Part shown: in pieces, positions 1 to 10,042 of the stretch
Layout of the letters: the number at the start of each line of letters is the position of its first letter
How positions within the stretch are numbered: position 1 is the first letter of the stretch
NCBI GenBank assembly: GCA_038869735.1
Contig: JAWCQO010000001.1
Span: 8,684-72,683 of the forward strand
Direction: 5' to 3'
Origin: Candidatus Anstonellales archaeon
GTDB taxonomy: Archaea > Micrarchaeota > Micrarchaeia > Anstonellales > CG1-02-47-40
DNA length: 64,000 nt
Made by a program: the position numbers and the translations under genes
The notes under the pieces: generated by a model
The model's input: the letters and a program-made list of their open reading frames with translations, nothing else
What the model was told of the DNA's origin: nothing
Databases searched by the model: none

Positions 1-1598
1 TAACCTAGTTTGTAGTAATATGGGCGGGCGCCTGCACCAGAGATTATTAGAAGCTTTCTTTTTTCAAATTCTTCTCTTGAGATTTTTTCTGCTTCCGCAA
101 GAAGCTTTTTTCCAAGACCTTTATGCTGGATTTTATCCATTTCACTTTGTCCTATTTCGACTTCAGCCCCATAAACATGGAGCTCGCGGATTAATGCAGT
201 TTTATCTGTTATTTCTGGTCTGTGAGAGGTAGGAGGGACTCGCAATCTACAAAAAGCTGCAAGAATGTGTTTTCGCTTATCTTCAAAGGATAAAAAAATT
301 TCATGACCTCCATTTGCTTCATAGTCAATTCTCTCTAAACTTAGATCTACATCTCCGATTTTTCGAAAACCTCGTCCTTCATTTCCAATTTCACGACACC
401 TAACACATTGACACAAAATACCTGCACGCTTGAGCTTTTGGTCCACTAGCTGCCTTAGGTTCGAATGTTTGACTCCGGCGTGGATAAGATTGGAGGGTAT
501 GTCTCGTTGGACGCGCATAACGCGAACATAGGGCGGAAAGTATTTTGTAATTCTCAGTATGACTTCTGCGGCTTCTTCGCTAGTATATGGACTAAATTCT
601 CCTCTTTTGTATTGCTCATAGAGTGGAGTTCCCTCAAGAACAAGTGTAGGGTATATTTTTAGCATATCTGGCTTAAAATCCGGGTCCGAAAAAAGAGTGC
701 GAAAGTATTTTTCGTCTTCTTGCGGAGATGCAAAAAGACCAAGCATCATGTGGTAGCAAACTTTAAATGCTGAGTTCTTAAGAAGATCAGTAGCTTTTTT
801 TACATCAGAAACGGTATGTCCTCGCTTCACCTTTTTGTATACCTCATCAGATAGAGTTTGGACGCCCAATTCCATTTGTGTTCCGCCAAGTAAAAGTGCA
901 TCGTCTATTTCGTTTTCAAAGCACCAATCTGGACGAGTTTCAAATGTAACTCCTATTACTCTATGTGTTGCTTTTTCATTTGCTTTTTTGGATTCTTCTA
1001 TTGTTGGAGAATCAAAACCATTAAAGGCATCATAACACTCCTTAACAAACTTGTGTCTATAATCTTTTGGTACGGCCAAAAAGGTGCCTCCCATTAGGAT
1101 AAGGTGGCACTTGTCAGTCGGATGGCCCTGTTGTGAATACTGCTTGAGACGAGCTAAAACTTGTTTTTTTGGGTCATAGTTGTTTTGGATTGCTCTCATA
1201 GTCATCGGCTCAAAACCAGTATAGCTTTGAGGAGCGCCGATTCCTTTTGGGCAGTAAGTACAAAAACCGACACAGGGAAAGGGTTTTGGCATAACTGCAA
1301 CGGGGGAGACTCCGGAAAGCGTACGTGTAGGTGTTTTTAGAAGAAGAGAGAGAATGCGTTTTGTTTTTTGTGAGGGACTGAGAACGGCGAGTATGTCTGA
1401 ATTCCGAAGAACAGATTGCAGGGAAAACTTTTTACTTGCCTCTTTTTTGATCTCTTGAAGGTTTGATTCTCCCTGACAGAGGGCCTTTGCTGCATATTCA
1501 GCTGCCTCTTTTCTTTTATTGTCTAGACTAAAATCTCTCTTTGTTATTTTCTTTTTTAGTAGGTGAGAATAATCGTAGTTTCGACTATCATTATCCAA
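1..1598 (-). CDS. elp3: Elongator Elp3-like tRNA U34 modification enzyme (radical SAM + GNAT), 3' end off the window. The start codon is unresolved: the open frame runs to 1658, the first in-frame ATG is 1292, and a candidate TTG lies at 1598.
   Basis: Manual translation of the minus strand (not in the ORF track because it runs off the window edge). The radical-SAM Cys triad PCVGFCTYCP sits directly after ...LLKTPTRTLSGVSPVAVM. The conserved Elp3 N-terminal segment (SDILAVLSP...) lies upstream of the first ATG, so the true start is non-ATG or further 5'. The open frame continues past position 1. Confidence 0.8.
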   Translation of the reverse strand, partial: MDNDSRNYDYSHLLKKKITKRDFSLDNKRKEAAEYAAKALCQGESNLQEIKKEASKKFSLQSVLRNSDILAVLSPSQKTKRILSLLLKTPTRTLSGVSPVAVMPKPFPCVGFCTYCPKGIGAPQSYTGFEPMTMRAIQNNYDPKKQVLARLKQYSQQGHPTDKCHLILMGGTFLAVPKDYRHKFVKECYDAFNGFDSPTIEESKKANEKATHRVIGVTFETRPDWCFENEIDDALLLGGTQMELGVQTLSDEVYKKVKRGHTVSDVKKATDLLKNSAFKVCYHMMLGLFASPQEDEKYFRTLFSDPDFKPDMLKIYPTLVLEGTPLYEQYKRGEFSPYTSEEAAEVILRITKYFPPYVRVMRVQRDIPSNLIHAGVKHSNLRQLVDQKLKRAGILCQCVRCREIGNEGRGFRKIGDVDLSLERIDYEANGGHEIFLSFEDKRKHILAAFCRLRVPPTSHRPEITDKTALIRELHVYGAEVEIGQSEMDKIQHKGLGKKLLAEAEKISREEFEKRKLLIISGAGARPYYYKLG

Positions 1599-1658
1599 GA
1601 GTGTCCACCACCGACGTAACAGGTCAACGCAACATTTTTCTTCTAAAAATTTGTCGAG

Positions 1659-2471
1659 TCATCCGACCAGATTTGAAATTAAACCTGCTAGTGCATAAAC
1701 CGGACTTTCAAATAGAGGGAATATTAAGACTCCGTTGTTTATAGCTTTGTAGTCGGATAATAGATTTGTGTGAATGAGAACAGTAACTGTTTTTTTATCG
1801 CTTACTGCGTGGCTTGATTTGGAAACGGCTATTATATCTACTTTATAGTTGCCTTCCTCGTTGCCGACAACTTCGTAGCTAATAGTCTTACTAGTCTTTG
1901 CAGGAAGGAAAAGTTCTTTTTTAAACTTCCATTCCCTAAAGCCTTCTGACCGAAGCTCAAAAACGTCGTTTGCATTCCCTTTATTGGTAAGTGTGATTGA
2001 GAATTTTGCCGGCTGGCCAGCATTTGTTTGTTTGGTTGTAGGCGTAATATCCATAGAGAGAAGATCTTTTTTTATGACTACCTTCGCAGTAAAGTCTAAA
2101 AAGCCTAATTCCTCCCGGTTTTCTTCATCAAGTATCCTCAATTTTACGTCATACTCGCCCTCCTGGGCATCTGGAGGAGCGCTAAACTCGGCTTGGAGAG
2201 GGCTTGAGGTAAGCTTGCTGTTTTTGAATTTCCATTGAGGAGGAGCGTCAGTTATGATAAGCTGGTCATATACTCCACCCTGACCAAATTTCCCTCCAAC
2301 TGAAACTTCAGGCTTTACAGAGATCGCTATGGTTTGACCCGGCCCCATTTCACCTATATTTATTACATCTCCATGGCGTAGATTTCTAAAATAAGGTTCA
2401 AGCATCTGCACTGAAAAAATTAGGTGAAATGATAGCATCAGAATAAAGAACGCGTAGACCATTTTTTTCAT
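1659..2471 (-). CDS. Secreted protein with N-terminal signal peptide and two Ig/CARDB-like repeats.
   Basis: Hydrophobic N-terminus MKKMVYAFFILMLSFHLIFS. Repeated beta-rich segments (..KFSITLTNKGNANDVFELRSEG..). The stop codon abuts the Elp3 open frame. Confidence 0.5.
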   Translation of the reverse strand: MKKMVYAFFILMLSFHLIFSVQMLEPYFRNLRHGDVINIGEMGPGQTIAISVKPEVSVGGKFGQGGVYDQLIITDAPPQWKFKNSKLTSSPLQAEFSAPPDAQEGEYDVKLRILDEENREELGFLDFTAKVVIKKDLLSMDITPTTKQTNAGQPAKFSITLTNKGNANDVFELRSEGFREWKFKKELFLPAKTSKTISYEVVGNEEGNYKVDIIAVSKSSHAVSDKKTVTVLIHTNLLSDYKAINNGVLIFPLFESPVYALAGLISNLVG

Positions 2472-2650
2472 GGTTCTCTCTTTACTGGAGGGATAATTTA
2501 AAGTTTTCTTTTTTCCTGCTGCTGTGTTAAAAAGATATCATGCAGGTATCCTCTGCGCTGTTTGATTAGTTCCCCAAATAAAACACAAAGGAGAGCTTCA
2601 TAAGTTGCTTTTAGATGGGGTTTAATTCTTAGTCGCTATAACATAAAGAA

Positions 2651-4546
2651 TTATAAAGAGGTACCAAGCTGTGCGGTTTTCTCTGTGAGCTGGTAAGCCT
2701 TAAAGTAGTTTTGTATTAGTTCCTTCCAATCGCAAAGGCGAACGAGATTATAGGCATCACTTTTTAATTGTTCGAGAGAAGATAAATCAAGATTGTATAG
2801 TTTCTCCAATTCGTTTGCAAGTTCGTCGACAACGGCAGTCTCAGATACGTCAGACATGCGAAGTACGGTTATTCCTCGGTTTTTTAGATTTACCCTGCTA
2901 GATACGTATCTCCCAAAACCCGTGTTGTCTGTGGTTATTGAAACATTTAGATTAAGAGCGGCTTCAAGCGGGGTATAACCAAATGGTTCGTATCTTGAAG
3001 GAAAGACACCCACATCCATTCCAGATATTACATCGTAATAATCGAGATTGAGTAATCCGTCATTTGATTTTACATATGTTGGGTAAAAAATTACTTTTAC
3101 GACGTCTTCCTTTGCATTTGTTAACCCGGCTAGAGCGCATGCTCGGACTATTTGGTCGGAGGGATAAATTAAATCAAAACAGTTTAGGGTGGGTTTTCCT
3201 GAACCGCGGCTAAAGCCGCTCATCATAGTCTCTATCTTCTGCCTCAGTTGACTCGAGACTATTTTGTTCTTTATGCATGAGCGAAGATTGGTATAGTCTT
3301 TGGTTCGAAAATCTTCACCCAGCGTTTTTTCCAATATCTCGTGTATTTTGTCAAGAAGTAAATAATTTTTTATCATGTCTACGCGAGGCCCTGATACCGC
3401 AGTTGGAGTAAAGATGAAGGCAAACACTCTTCTCTCAGGAGCTTTTTCTCTAAGGATTGAATTCAATTTTCCAAGAGCATTTATATATATGTCAAATCCT
3501 TTGTTTTTGAACTCGTACCTGCCCGAAATATAGATTAATAGAGGGTTCTTATAGGATTGGTCATAATAAGGGATAAAAAGAGATTCCAAAAATTGGATTA
3601 GCTCCAACCTTACGTATTTGGATAAGCTTGAAATCTGTTTTTCATCTTTACCTGCTTCAAAATCAATTCCATTTATAGTTATTATATCTGATTTCCGTCC
3701 AAGGATATATTTTACTTCATCGGCTACAGTCTCTGAAACAGTTGTTAAAATATCTGCTGCGTTGGCAGCAGCGACCTCAAGTTGATGTTTTCCCTCAACT
3801 TTAAGTTGGTAAGCAACCGAAACATCTATTTGTCTGGTTCCTCTAGCGGCATCAGCTAAGAGGTTATGACCGTAAGAGGATAGTGTCCTACCCAGGACTG
3901 TTGCATGCGTTGTAAATACGGTTTTGAGTGGGAGTTTTCTGAGCTTACAATAAAGGAGAGCTGAACCGGATATCCATTCATGAAAGTGTGCTACTGCCCT
4001 CTTTTTGGAGAATCTCTTGGTAGATATTAGCTCCTCAAGAAGCATGCCGACACACCAGCCCCAAAGTACGTTTTCAGAGAAATCCCATGATTTTTCCATA
4101 AGGGAGTCAATCTGAAAATGCTTCCAGAGGAGGAATTTGATATAATTTAGTTTTTTATCTGTTCTTGTTTCATGATTCTCATAAGTTACCATCAGTTCGC
4201 CGTGTTTTTTGCCGCTGATCAGGAATATTTGAGCTCCGCCTCCAAGCGTCCATCTTCCGTATTTTACTTCTATTCCGTCTCTTCCAAGTTTGTCAATGAT
4301 TTTTTGGATTTCCTCGTCTGCTTTTTCTTCTCTGAATTCAAACGTTGTCAGTTCGTCAAGAAATCCAAGTAATATATAATTATCACCGTATTTTTTGACC
4401 AGATAAGGTGCCTTTGTTTGTAGCACAGTATATATTCCACCAACCTTGCGTGCCGCTTCGCTCGAAACTTCAAAGATAATATCGGGCATGTAAAAAATAA
4501 TAGAATCATCATTTAAAAAAGCAACACTAACGTTCTTCTTTTGCAT
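2651..4546 (-). CDS. Glycogen (starch) synthase, eukaryote-type GT3 family.
   Basis: The N-terminal motif FEVSSEAARKVGGIYTVLQTKA matches the GT3 glycogen-synthase signature (E-x7-KVGGIYTV). 631 aa, typical for GT3 and much longer than GT5 GlgA. Confidence 0.7.
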   Translation of the reverse strand: MQKKNVSVAFLNDDSIIFYMPDIIFEVSSEAARKVGGIYTVLQTKAPYLVKKYGDNYILLGFLDELTTFEFREEKADEEIQKIIDKLGRDGIEVKYGRWTLGGGAQIFLISGKKHGELMVTYENHETRTDKKLNYIKFLLWKHFQIDSLMEKSWDFSENVLWGWCVGMLLEELISTKRFSKKRAVAHFHEWISGSALLYCKLRKLPLKTVFTTHATVLGRTLSSYGHNLLADAARGTRQIDVSVAYQLKVEGKHQLEVAAANAADILTTVSETVADEVKYILGRKSDIITINGIDFEAGKDEKQISSLSKYVRLELIQFLESLFIPYYDQSYKNPLLIYISGRYEFKNKGFDIYINALGKLNSILREKAPERRVFAFIFTPTAVSGPRVDMIKNYLLLDKIHEILEKTLGEDFRTKDYTNLRSCIKNKIVSSQLRQKIETMMSGFSRGSGKPTLNCFDLIYPSDQIVRACALAGLTNAKEDVVKVIFYPTYVKSNDGLLNLDYYDVISGMDVGVFPSRYEPFGYTPLEAALNLNVSITTDNTGFGRYVSSRVNLKNRGITVLRMSDVSETAVVDELANELEKLYNLDLSSLEQLKSDAYNLVRLCDWKELIQNYFKAYQLTEKTAQLGTSL

Positions 4547-5402
4547 TCTTGATTAGTTCTTTTACCTTATCAAAATCGACTTTGGTTGCAATTGAATTCT
4601 TGTTTTGATTTGGAGAAGAGAGAAAATATATAGTAAAGATAATTTTTGACTGCTTTTTTGGGGGAAGAGAACTTAGATAGTAGCCGAGGTCAAATGAGCT
4701 ATTATCAGATAGAATTAGTGTAAGATAACCCTCGTAAAAACGAGCCTTTTCTTCGATAGAAAGGCGATTTACATAGGACCAGAGATCTCTGTCTATTTGG
4801 ATAGGATAACGATTAATCAGATCCTTATTTTCTTCTATAAACTGCATTGTTTTGTTGAGATTTTCTTCTGCTTTGGCACGTAAATTTATAGTTATGTTCT
4901 TTCCGTATAGTTTATCTGCAATTTTTTTCATGATTAGTATTGCTGAACCGAAGAAGCTGCTACCTGAAGAGGGATAAACATCTGGCGTGAAATTCTCAAA
5001 ACATTTTTTGCAGAGTTTTTTGCCAGAAAGGAAGTATAAGATATCGGAGTTAATTTGACATTTCTCACAGATTCCGCCAATACTGCTCTCGCTATGGATC
5101 TCGTCTTTATCGGAGGCTAAATCTTCTCGTTCAATGCTAATAATATTTTTTCTTATTCTGATTTCTTCTGACCGCTGTTCGTCTTCCATATCCATTATAC
5201 AGTAATTGCAAAAGAGTCTTGAGCGGAACATCTTGAGTTCATGAGTGGGTACATATATGCCGCAACGCTGACATGGAATCTCCGAACCAACCTTTTGCAT
5301 CTGGTCTTCACAGGACACACATGCAGGTAAGCCGTTGATGTAATGCAATTCGTATTCTTTTACAGACTGACCGCAGAAGGAACATGTTCTCATAAAATCC
5401 AC
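4527..5402 (-). CDS. Hypothetical multi-zinc-ribbon protein.
   Basis: At least six CxxC pairs in the N-terminal 140 aa (C7/C10, C27/C30, C44/C47, C65/C68, C112/C115, C132/C135). Overlaps the glycogen synthase start by 20 nt, so probably co-transcribed. Confidence 0.45.
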   Translation of the reverse strand: MDFMRTCSFCGQSVKEYELHYINGLPACVSCEDQMQKVGSEIPCQRCGIYVPTHELKMFRSRLFCNYCIMDMEDEQRSEEIRIRKNIISIEREDLASDKDEIHSESSIGGICEKCQINSDILYFLSGKKLCKKCFENFTPDVYPSSGSSFFGSAILIMKKIADKLYGKNITINLRAKAEENLNKTMQFIEENKDLINRYPIQIDRDLWSYVNRLSIEEKARFYEGYLTLILSDNSSFDLGYYLSSLPPKKQSKIIFTIYFLSSPNQNKNSIATKVDFDKVKELIKNAKEER

Positions 5403-5787
5403 CGTAACTTTGATGTTTTATACGTGCCTTCTTTAAGTATATACACCAAACTTTTTATTGTGGAGGGAGAATATGAAAAAGTTTTGAGGCAGGATAGTTG
5501 CAAAATCTCTTCACAGTTACATAATGAACTTAAAAAGCAAAAAAAAGAAAACAAAACAAAAGCAAAAGAAACAAAAAGAAGCATAAGATGATGAAAATGA
5601 AAAAAAATAGTTTATATAATGACCTTTTTTGTTAAATTGGTTTATAAGATTATTTTTTTGATTAAATCTGATTATATAGGTTTGATTTCCTCCAACAAAC
5701 ATAAAGATTTATAAATAATGAAGGAAAAATGGATTTTCGTCTTTTTTCCATTTTCAAAAGTGGAAAAAGGGCGGAGGATATATTGAA

Positions 5788-6207
5788 ATGTTTGGGCCTC
5801 ATTTAACTATTGATATGTATGGTTGCAACAAAAGAAAATTAAAAGATATAAATTTTATTTATAGCTTTTTAGACGAGATGCCTGAACTGATTGGAATGAC
5901 AAAAATAATGCCACCTTATACATTTTCTTACAGTGGACTTAGGCCCGAAGATTGGGGCATTTCTGGAATTGTGCTGATAGCTGAAAGCCATATTTCAGTA
6001 CATACATTTCCCGAGAAAAATTTCGTTTCTGTGGATATTTTTTCATGCAAGGACTTTGATATAGAGAACGCCACTGAAGTTATAATAAGCAAATTCGAAG
6101 CAAAGACGTATGAAAAAAATTTCTTTATGAGAGGCAGACATTTCCCAAAAGACTACGGGAGAATCAGAAGCGTGATGGAGATACAGAGGATGCAGGCTAC
6201 TCACTGA
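5788..6207 (+). CDS. speH: S-adenosylmethionine decarboxylase proenzyme (class 1b, pyruvoyl-dependent).
   Basis: 139 aa. The ESHISVHTFPE self-cleavage motif is conserved in SpeH. Confidence 0.85.
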   Translation: MFGPHLTIDMYGCNKRKLKDINFIYSFLDEMPELIGMTKIMPPYTFSYSGLRPEDWGISGIVLIAESHISVHTFPEKNFVSVDIFSCKDFDIENATEVIISKFEAKTYEKNFFMRGRHFPKDYGRIRSVMEIQRMQATH

Positions 6208-6303
6208 ATGGGTTTTTTGTTGTATCTCCCCTTCTAAAAGAGATGCGGGTCACTCAAAATCCAAAAAGGCTACTCACTGAATGGGTTTTTTGTTGTATCT
6301 CCT
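6194..6303. repeat. Two exact 36-bp direct repeats (aggctactcactgaatgggttttttgttgtatctcc) at 6194-6229 and 6268-6303, separated by a 38-bp spacer.
   Basis: Read directly from the sequence. Copy B contains the argG stop and last 11 codons. Copy A contains the speH stop and last 4 codons. Confidence 0.85.
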
Positions 6304-7530
6304 CTCTCTTTTTTGCTTTTCGACTATTGCACGATGAGCCATAAGGCGAATTGCATTTATCCTTATAAAGCCTGCCGAATCTTTCTGATCAAATCCACCT
6401 TCAATATGCATAGAGCTTAGCTCCTTATCATACAAAGATGAGGGGGATTCCCTTGCACGTGTAAAGACGTTTCCTTTATAAATTTCAAGGACAACCTTTC
6501 CGTCTATGTATTCTTGACTCTTGTCGACAGCAGCCATCAGAAATTCCATTTCAGGAGAGAACCAAAAGCCATAGTATATTGCTTCTGCCATTTTGGGAGA
6601 TAGCATGTCTCGAAGTCGCATTACTTCCCTATCCATAGCGATAGATTCTATATCCTTATGTGCGATATACAGAATTGTGCCTGCTGGGGTTTCATATAAG
6701 CCTCGTGATTTTATTCCAACAAAGCGATTTTCAACCATGTCTACTCTTCCAACCCCGTTTTCTGCTCCAATTTTATTGAGATAAAGAAAAAGCTCAAGGG
6801 GATCCTCTTTTACTTCATTTGTATTGAGATTGACTACTTTTATTGGGTTCCCATCTTTAAAGTAAATTTCAAGCCAAGTGCTTTTATCTGGAGCTCTTTG
6901 TGGCGATACTGTGCGAGAGTATACTGAATCATCTGGTATATGAGCAGGGTCTTCGAGTATTCCTGCTTCATGAGATATGTGCATAAGGTTTTCATCTTCA
7001 GAATATGGTTTTGAAACCGTTGCTTCTACAGGAATCCCATATTTCTTTGCGTATTGCAGAAGGTCGTCTCTCCCTTTAAACTGAGATAAAAATTCTGGAT
7101 CTTTCCAAGGTGAGATTATCTTTATTTTTGGGTCAAGAGCAAGATATGTAAGTTCAAAGCGACATTGATCATTTCCCTTTCCCGTGGCTCCGTGGGCAAC
7201 GTATTGTGCTTCTTCTTCATGAGCGATTTCTATTTGATGTTTTGCAGTAAGAGGGCGTGCGAGAGACGTTCCTAAAAGATAGCGACCCTCGTAAATTGCA
7301 TTTGCTCTGATTGCTGGGAATATGAAATCTGTTACGAATTCGCGCCTCAAATCGCGAAGAATAAATTTAGATGCTCCAGTTGAAAGGGCTTTTTGCTTTA
7401 CTTTTTCAAAGTCTTCTTTCTGGCCAAGGTTTGCAGTGAATGCTATTACCTCATAGCCTTTATCGACTAACCACCTAAGAATACAAGATGTATCAAGCCC
7501 TCCGGAATATGCAAGAACTAATTTTTCCAT
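6274..7530 (-). CDS. argG: Argininosuccinate synthase.
   Basis: N-terminal [11 protein letters not shown]-loop; 418 aa; conserved throughout. Confidence 0.95.
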   Translation of the reverse strand: MEKLVLAYSGGLDTSCILRWLVDKGYEVIAFTANLGQKEDFEKVKQKALSTGASKFILRDLRREFVTDFIFPAIRANAIYEGRYLLGTSLARPLTAKHQIEIAHEEEAQYVAHGATGKGNDQCRFELTYLALDPKIKIISPWKDPEFLSQFKGRDDLLQYAKKYGIPVEATVSKPYSEDENLMHISHEAGILEDPAHIPDDSVYSRTVSPQRAPDKSTWLEIYFKDGNPIKVVNLNTNEVKEDPLELFLYLNKIGAENGVGRVDMVENRFVGIKSRGLYETPAGTILYIAHKDIESIAMDREVMRLRDMLSPKMAEAIYYGFWFSPEMEFLMAAVDKSQEYIDGKVVLEIYKGNVFTRARESPSSLYDKELSSMHIEGGFDQKDSAGFIRINAIRLMAHRAIVEKQKRERRYNKKPIQ

Positions 7531-7554
7531 TTGGGTCAGACTCGAGTTTAGAGT

Positions 7555-8460
7555 TTATAGTGCAACCTTTAAGCCGAGTTCTTTTTTCAGTTCTCTATAT
7601 CTATTGCGGATGGTTACTTCAGTGACACCTGCCACATCTGCAACTTCCTTTTGTGTTCTTCTCTCCCCATAAATTGCGCTTGCGATGTACACTGCCGCAG
7701 CTGCAACTCCTGTGGGACCTCTTCCTGAAATAAGACCTTTTTTGATTGACTTTTTAAGGAGTTGAATGGCTTTTTCCTGGACCTGTCCGGAGAGTTTTAG
7801 TGCTGCTGTGAATTTGGGTACGTATTGAGACGGGTCGGTGAGAGGTACTTTGAGTTCAAGTTCCCTGCGAACAAAGCGATAGGCTCTTCCTATCTCCTTT
7901 TTTTCTATGCCCGACACTTTTGCGATTTCATCTAATGTGCGCGGGATTCCATGCAAACGACATGTCGCATAAATGACTGCAGAAACGACCGACTCAATGA
8001 GTCTGCCGCGTATGAGTTCTTCCCGGATACATCGGCGGTAAAGAAGGGCAGCGCTCTCGCGTATCGAATCAGGCAAACCAAGGTAGGATGCAATTCTATC
8101 AAGTTCTGAGAGGGCAATAGCAAGATTTCGTTCCATTGAAGAAGCAATAGATGCGCGCTTATGCCATTTTCTCATTCTATAAAACTGGGCTTGTTTTTTT
8201 GGAGAGATTTTTGCTCCACGGATATCCCTATTATATTGGTCTATTTCGGTTACTAATCCTTTGTTAGGACGCATAAATTTGATCGGTGCTCCTCCTCTCG
8301 CACGCTTTTCTTTTTGCTCTGAGTCAAATGCTCGCCACTCTGGTCCCAAATCAGCCATGCTTTCCTGGATTATCAACCCGCAGTTTGAACAGATAAGCTC
8401 GCCTCGTTTATAGTCCCTCGTAAGTTTTGTATTGCCGCAATCCGGACAAGCATTTGCCAT
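7555..8460 (-). CDS. tfb: Transcription initiation factor IIB (TFB).
   Basis: N-terminal Zn ribbon CPDCG..CSNCG followed by two cyclin-like repeats; 301 aa. Confidence 0.95.
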   Translation of the reverse strand: MANACPDCGNTKLTRDYKRGELICSNCGLIIQESMADLGPEWRAFDSEQKEKRARGGAPIKFMRPNKGLVTEIDQYNRDIRGAKISPKKQAQFYRMRKWHKRASIASSMERNLAIALSELDRIASYLGLPDSIRESAALLYRRCIREELIRGRLIESVVSAVIYATCRLHGIPRTLDEIAKVSGIEKKEIGRAYRFVRRELELKVPLTDPSQYVPKFTAALKLSGQVQEKAIQLLKKSIKKGLISGRGPTGVAAAAVYIASAIYGERRTQKEVADVAGVTEVTIRNRYRELKKELGLKVAL

Positions 8461-8903
8461 AAAGCTCTACCTCCATGCTCATGCTTAAATGGGTTTTCGC
8501 AAAATAAGCATAATGTTTATAAAATGGTAGCTTTGCTTATGACCAACCTTATTTAAAAATGTTTCTGTTAAGCTATTGGGCGTTTAGAGTGGCAACTTCA
8601 ACTAAAAACTGCTTTCTTTTTCTTATCTTATGCGCGATTGTTAGCTATTTAATTTAGATCAGCACTTTAGCTGTTGCTCTGATGAATCGCATTGTAGGAA
8701 GTGGGGTGGCGATTAAGAGTTCTTTATATAGGTTTTTGACCTGTTTAGGTTTTTGAGTGCTATGTTTTGGGCAGAATTTGTTACCTAGTTAAGAAATATA
8801 CTATAAGGATGATTGTTATGATAGTGATTAGAGCAAAAACCAATTTATCGACCATAGTTTGGCTTATTAGATTTTCTTTTATAAAAATGTTGGGGAAGGA
8901 AGC

Positions 8904-10019
8904 ATGAGGATTGCCATTGTTTCTGACACTCATTTCGGCCACTCAAAATGGGGAGAAGACGCCTTTGTCCAAGGGCGAACGGCGATGATTGAAGCCTCGC
9001 AGAAGGCTGACGTTCTTCTTATGCCGGGGGATATATTTGATTTGCCAAATCCAACATTTTCGACTGTGTTAGATTTCATATCAATAATCAATGAAATTAA
9101 AATACCGATTTTGGCTATCTGTGGAACTCATGAGATAAAACCAAAGGGTGAGATGAATATTGTTAAGTTTTTGCATTTAGCAGGTTTTCTTGTTGACATC
9201 CACAGAAATCCTCAAGAATTCGATAAAGATGGACAAAAAGTAGTTATTGTAGGATTAGGAGGAGTCCCTGAGGACTTGTTCAAACCTGCATTGGCACGGA
9301 TTAGGTTTGAACCAAAGAAAGGTGCATTTAACATATTTGTATTCCACCAATCCTTGTCTGAATTTATCTTCTCCAAAAATGAGGAATTTGCATCCTTCGA
9401 AGACCTGCCGCCGGGATTTGATTTATACGTTTGTGGCCATGTACATAAGAAAAAGGAAGCTTATGGTGGAAAATTGATTATTCCTGGTTCAACTGTACTG
9501 ACCCAAATGAAGAAGGATGAGGAAGGGGAGAAAGGATACATCATATATGACACAAAAACTAGGAATGCGGAATTTTTTCCCATTAAGACACGTCCATTCT
9601 TTTTTAGAGAGATTTTTTTTGATAATGGTGAGCCACAGCAAATAGAGGATGAGATTAAACGAACAGTTAGAGAAATATTAAAAAGCAACGAAGGAGTTAA
9701 ACCGATAATTAAATTATTTCTCTCTGGCACTATGCGTGAAGGATTAACAAATGCTGATGTGACTATCCCAAATTTTGAAGAGGCATTTGTTTTTATTGAT
9801 AATTCAATTGAATCAAGTTCATTTGCAAAAAAAGTGAACGCTATTCGAATGATGATAAGTGAAAAAATGAGCATCTCAGAAACAAGTCTCAGAATACTGA
9901 GAGAACACCTTAAGATGAGTGGGGTAGAAGCCTCAGATTTAAAGGAACTTTTAGAAAAGCTTTGCGATGGCGAAAATGTGGATATTATTAAATACTTGAA
10001 AGAAGTTAAGAATGACTAA
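8904..10019 (+). CDS. Mre11/SbcD-family calcineurin-like metallophosphoesterase (DNA-repair nuclease-like).
   Basis: Phosphoesterase motifs IAIVSDTHFG, GDIFD, CGTHE and CGHVHKK. No adjacent rad50, herA or nurA. Confidence 0.6.
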   Translation: MRIAIVSDTHFGHSKWGEDAFVQGRTAMIEASQKADVLLMPGDIFDLPNPTFSTVLDFISIINEIKIPILAICGTHEIKPKGEMNIVKFLHLAGFLVDIHRNPQEFDKDGQKVVIVGLGGVPEDLFKPALARIRFEPKKGAFNIFVFHQSLSEFIFSKNEEFASFEDLPPGFDLYVCGHVHKKKEAYGGKLIIPGSTVLTQMKKDEEGEKGYIIYDTKTRNAEFFPIKTRPFFFREIFFDNGEPQQIEDEIKRTVREILKSNEGVKPIIKLFLSGTMREGLTNADVTIPNFEEAFVFIDNSIESSSFAKKVNAIRMMISEKMSISETSLRILREHLKMSGVEASDLKELLEKLCDGENVDIIKYLKEVKND

Positions 10020-10042
10020 AAAAGGAAAGGAGTTTGAGTAGG

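Noticed and set aside
1838-2238. Track ORFs 1838-2023(-) and 1984-2238(+) inside or antisense to the 1659-2471 gene.
   Set aside because: They are fully embedded in or antisense to a longer, better-supported ORF. Typical shadow ORFs.
5343-5702. Three 60-80-aa ORFs in the A-rich speH upstream intergenic region, plus a GATGATGA C-box-like motif at 5588-5594.
   Set aside because: Low-complexity poly-A/K translations. No D box (CUGA) at appropriate spacing, so not called as a C/D RNA. Treated as a promoter/UTR region between divergent genes.
8461-8903. A 440-bp gap upstream of tfb and the Mre11-like gene; I looked for RNase P RNA, SRP RNA and C/D boxes.
   Set aside because: AT-rich, with no convincing conserved RNA motifs. 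A CTGATGA at ~8680 lacks a D box. Most likely divergent promoters.
7932-9874. Antisense ORFs inside tfb (7932-8147) and inside the Mre11-like gene (9461-9874).
   Set aside because: Embedded in well-supported genes on the opposite strand.
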